Part shown: in pieces, positions 25,375 through 25,494 of the stretch | How positions within the stretch are numbered: the first letter of the stretch is position 1 | How the letters are laid out: each line of letters begins with the position of its first letter | DNA from: Candidatus Eiseniibacteriota bacterium | Lineage (GTDB): Bacteria > Eisenbacteria > RBG-16-71-46 > CAZEPH01 | Reading direction: 5' to 3' | Length of the DNA: 25,494 bases | NCBI GenBank assembly: GCA_044229145.1 | Contig: JBGATO010000053.1 | Location: 1 to 25,494, forward strand | The notes under the pieces: generated by a model | Database searches by the model: none | What the model was told of the DNA's origin: nothing | Seen by the model: the letters and a program-made list of their open reading frames with translations, nothing else | Made by a program: the position numbers and the translations under genes

Positions 25375-25494
25375 CTAACGCAGGTAGAGCTGCTTGATCC
25401 CCGCCCAGGAGAGCCCGGTGACCGCCGGCACGGACGCGGCCGCACCGCTCGGCGGCGGCACCGGCACCGTCGCATCTTCCCAGCGCACGATCTT
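25375..25494 (-). CDS. 3' end of a probably secreted protein (partial)
   Basis: Translates to KIVRWEDATVPVPPPSGAAASVPAVTGLSWAGIKQLYLR*: a Pro/Ala linker followed by an S/TW-x-x-IK-x-LY terminal motif. Confidence 0.65.
   Translation of the reverse strand, partial: KIVRWEDATVPVPPPSGAAASVPAVTGLSWAGIKQLYLR

Overview
High-GC bacterial window with two parts. Bases 1-~5300 are lower in GC and look like the right edge of a defence island. They carry a type III-like restriction (Res) subunit that runs off the left end and is missing from the ORF track, preceded by a co-oriented YprA/MrfA-like DEAD-box helicase with a DUF1998-type Cys4 C-terminus. The remainder is very GC-rich. It contains a PLP class-V enzyme, a secreted HEXXH peptidase, an orphan PAS histidine kinase, and an ABC ATPase coupled to a permease-M1 peptidase fusion. 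It also contains a signal-peptide Rhs/YD protein with a degenerate core, preceded by a small signal peptide + YD hairpin + FlgD-Ig/T9SS-like CTD protein. Further right are a serine hydrolase, an MtfA/M90 peptidase, an ECF sigma factor with a frameshifted putative anti-sigma, a hypothetical protein, a divergent polysaccharide deacetylase, and the 3' end of a gene ending in SWAGIKQLYLR. The sorting motifs suggest an FCB-related host such as Ca. Eisenbacteria (inference). The best candidates for an undescribed system are the mini-YD/CTD + atypical Rhs pair and the DUF1998 helicase + type III Res pair. All family calls come from motifs read by eye; no searches were run.
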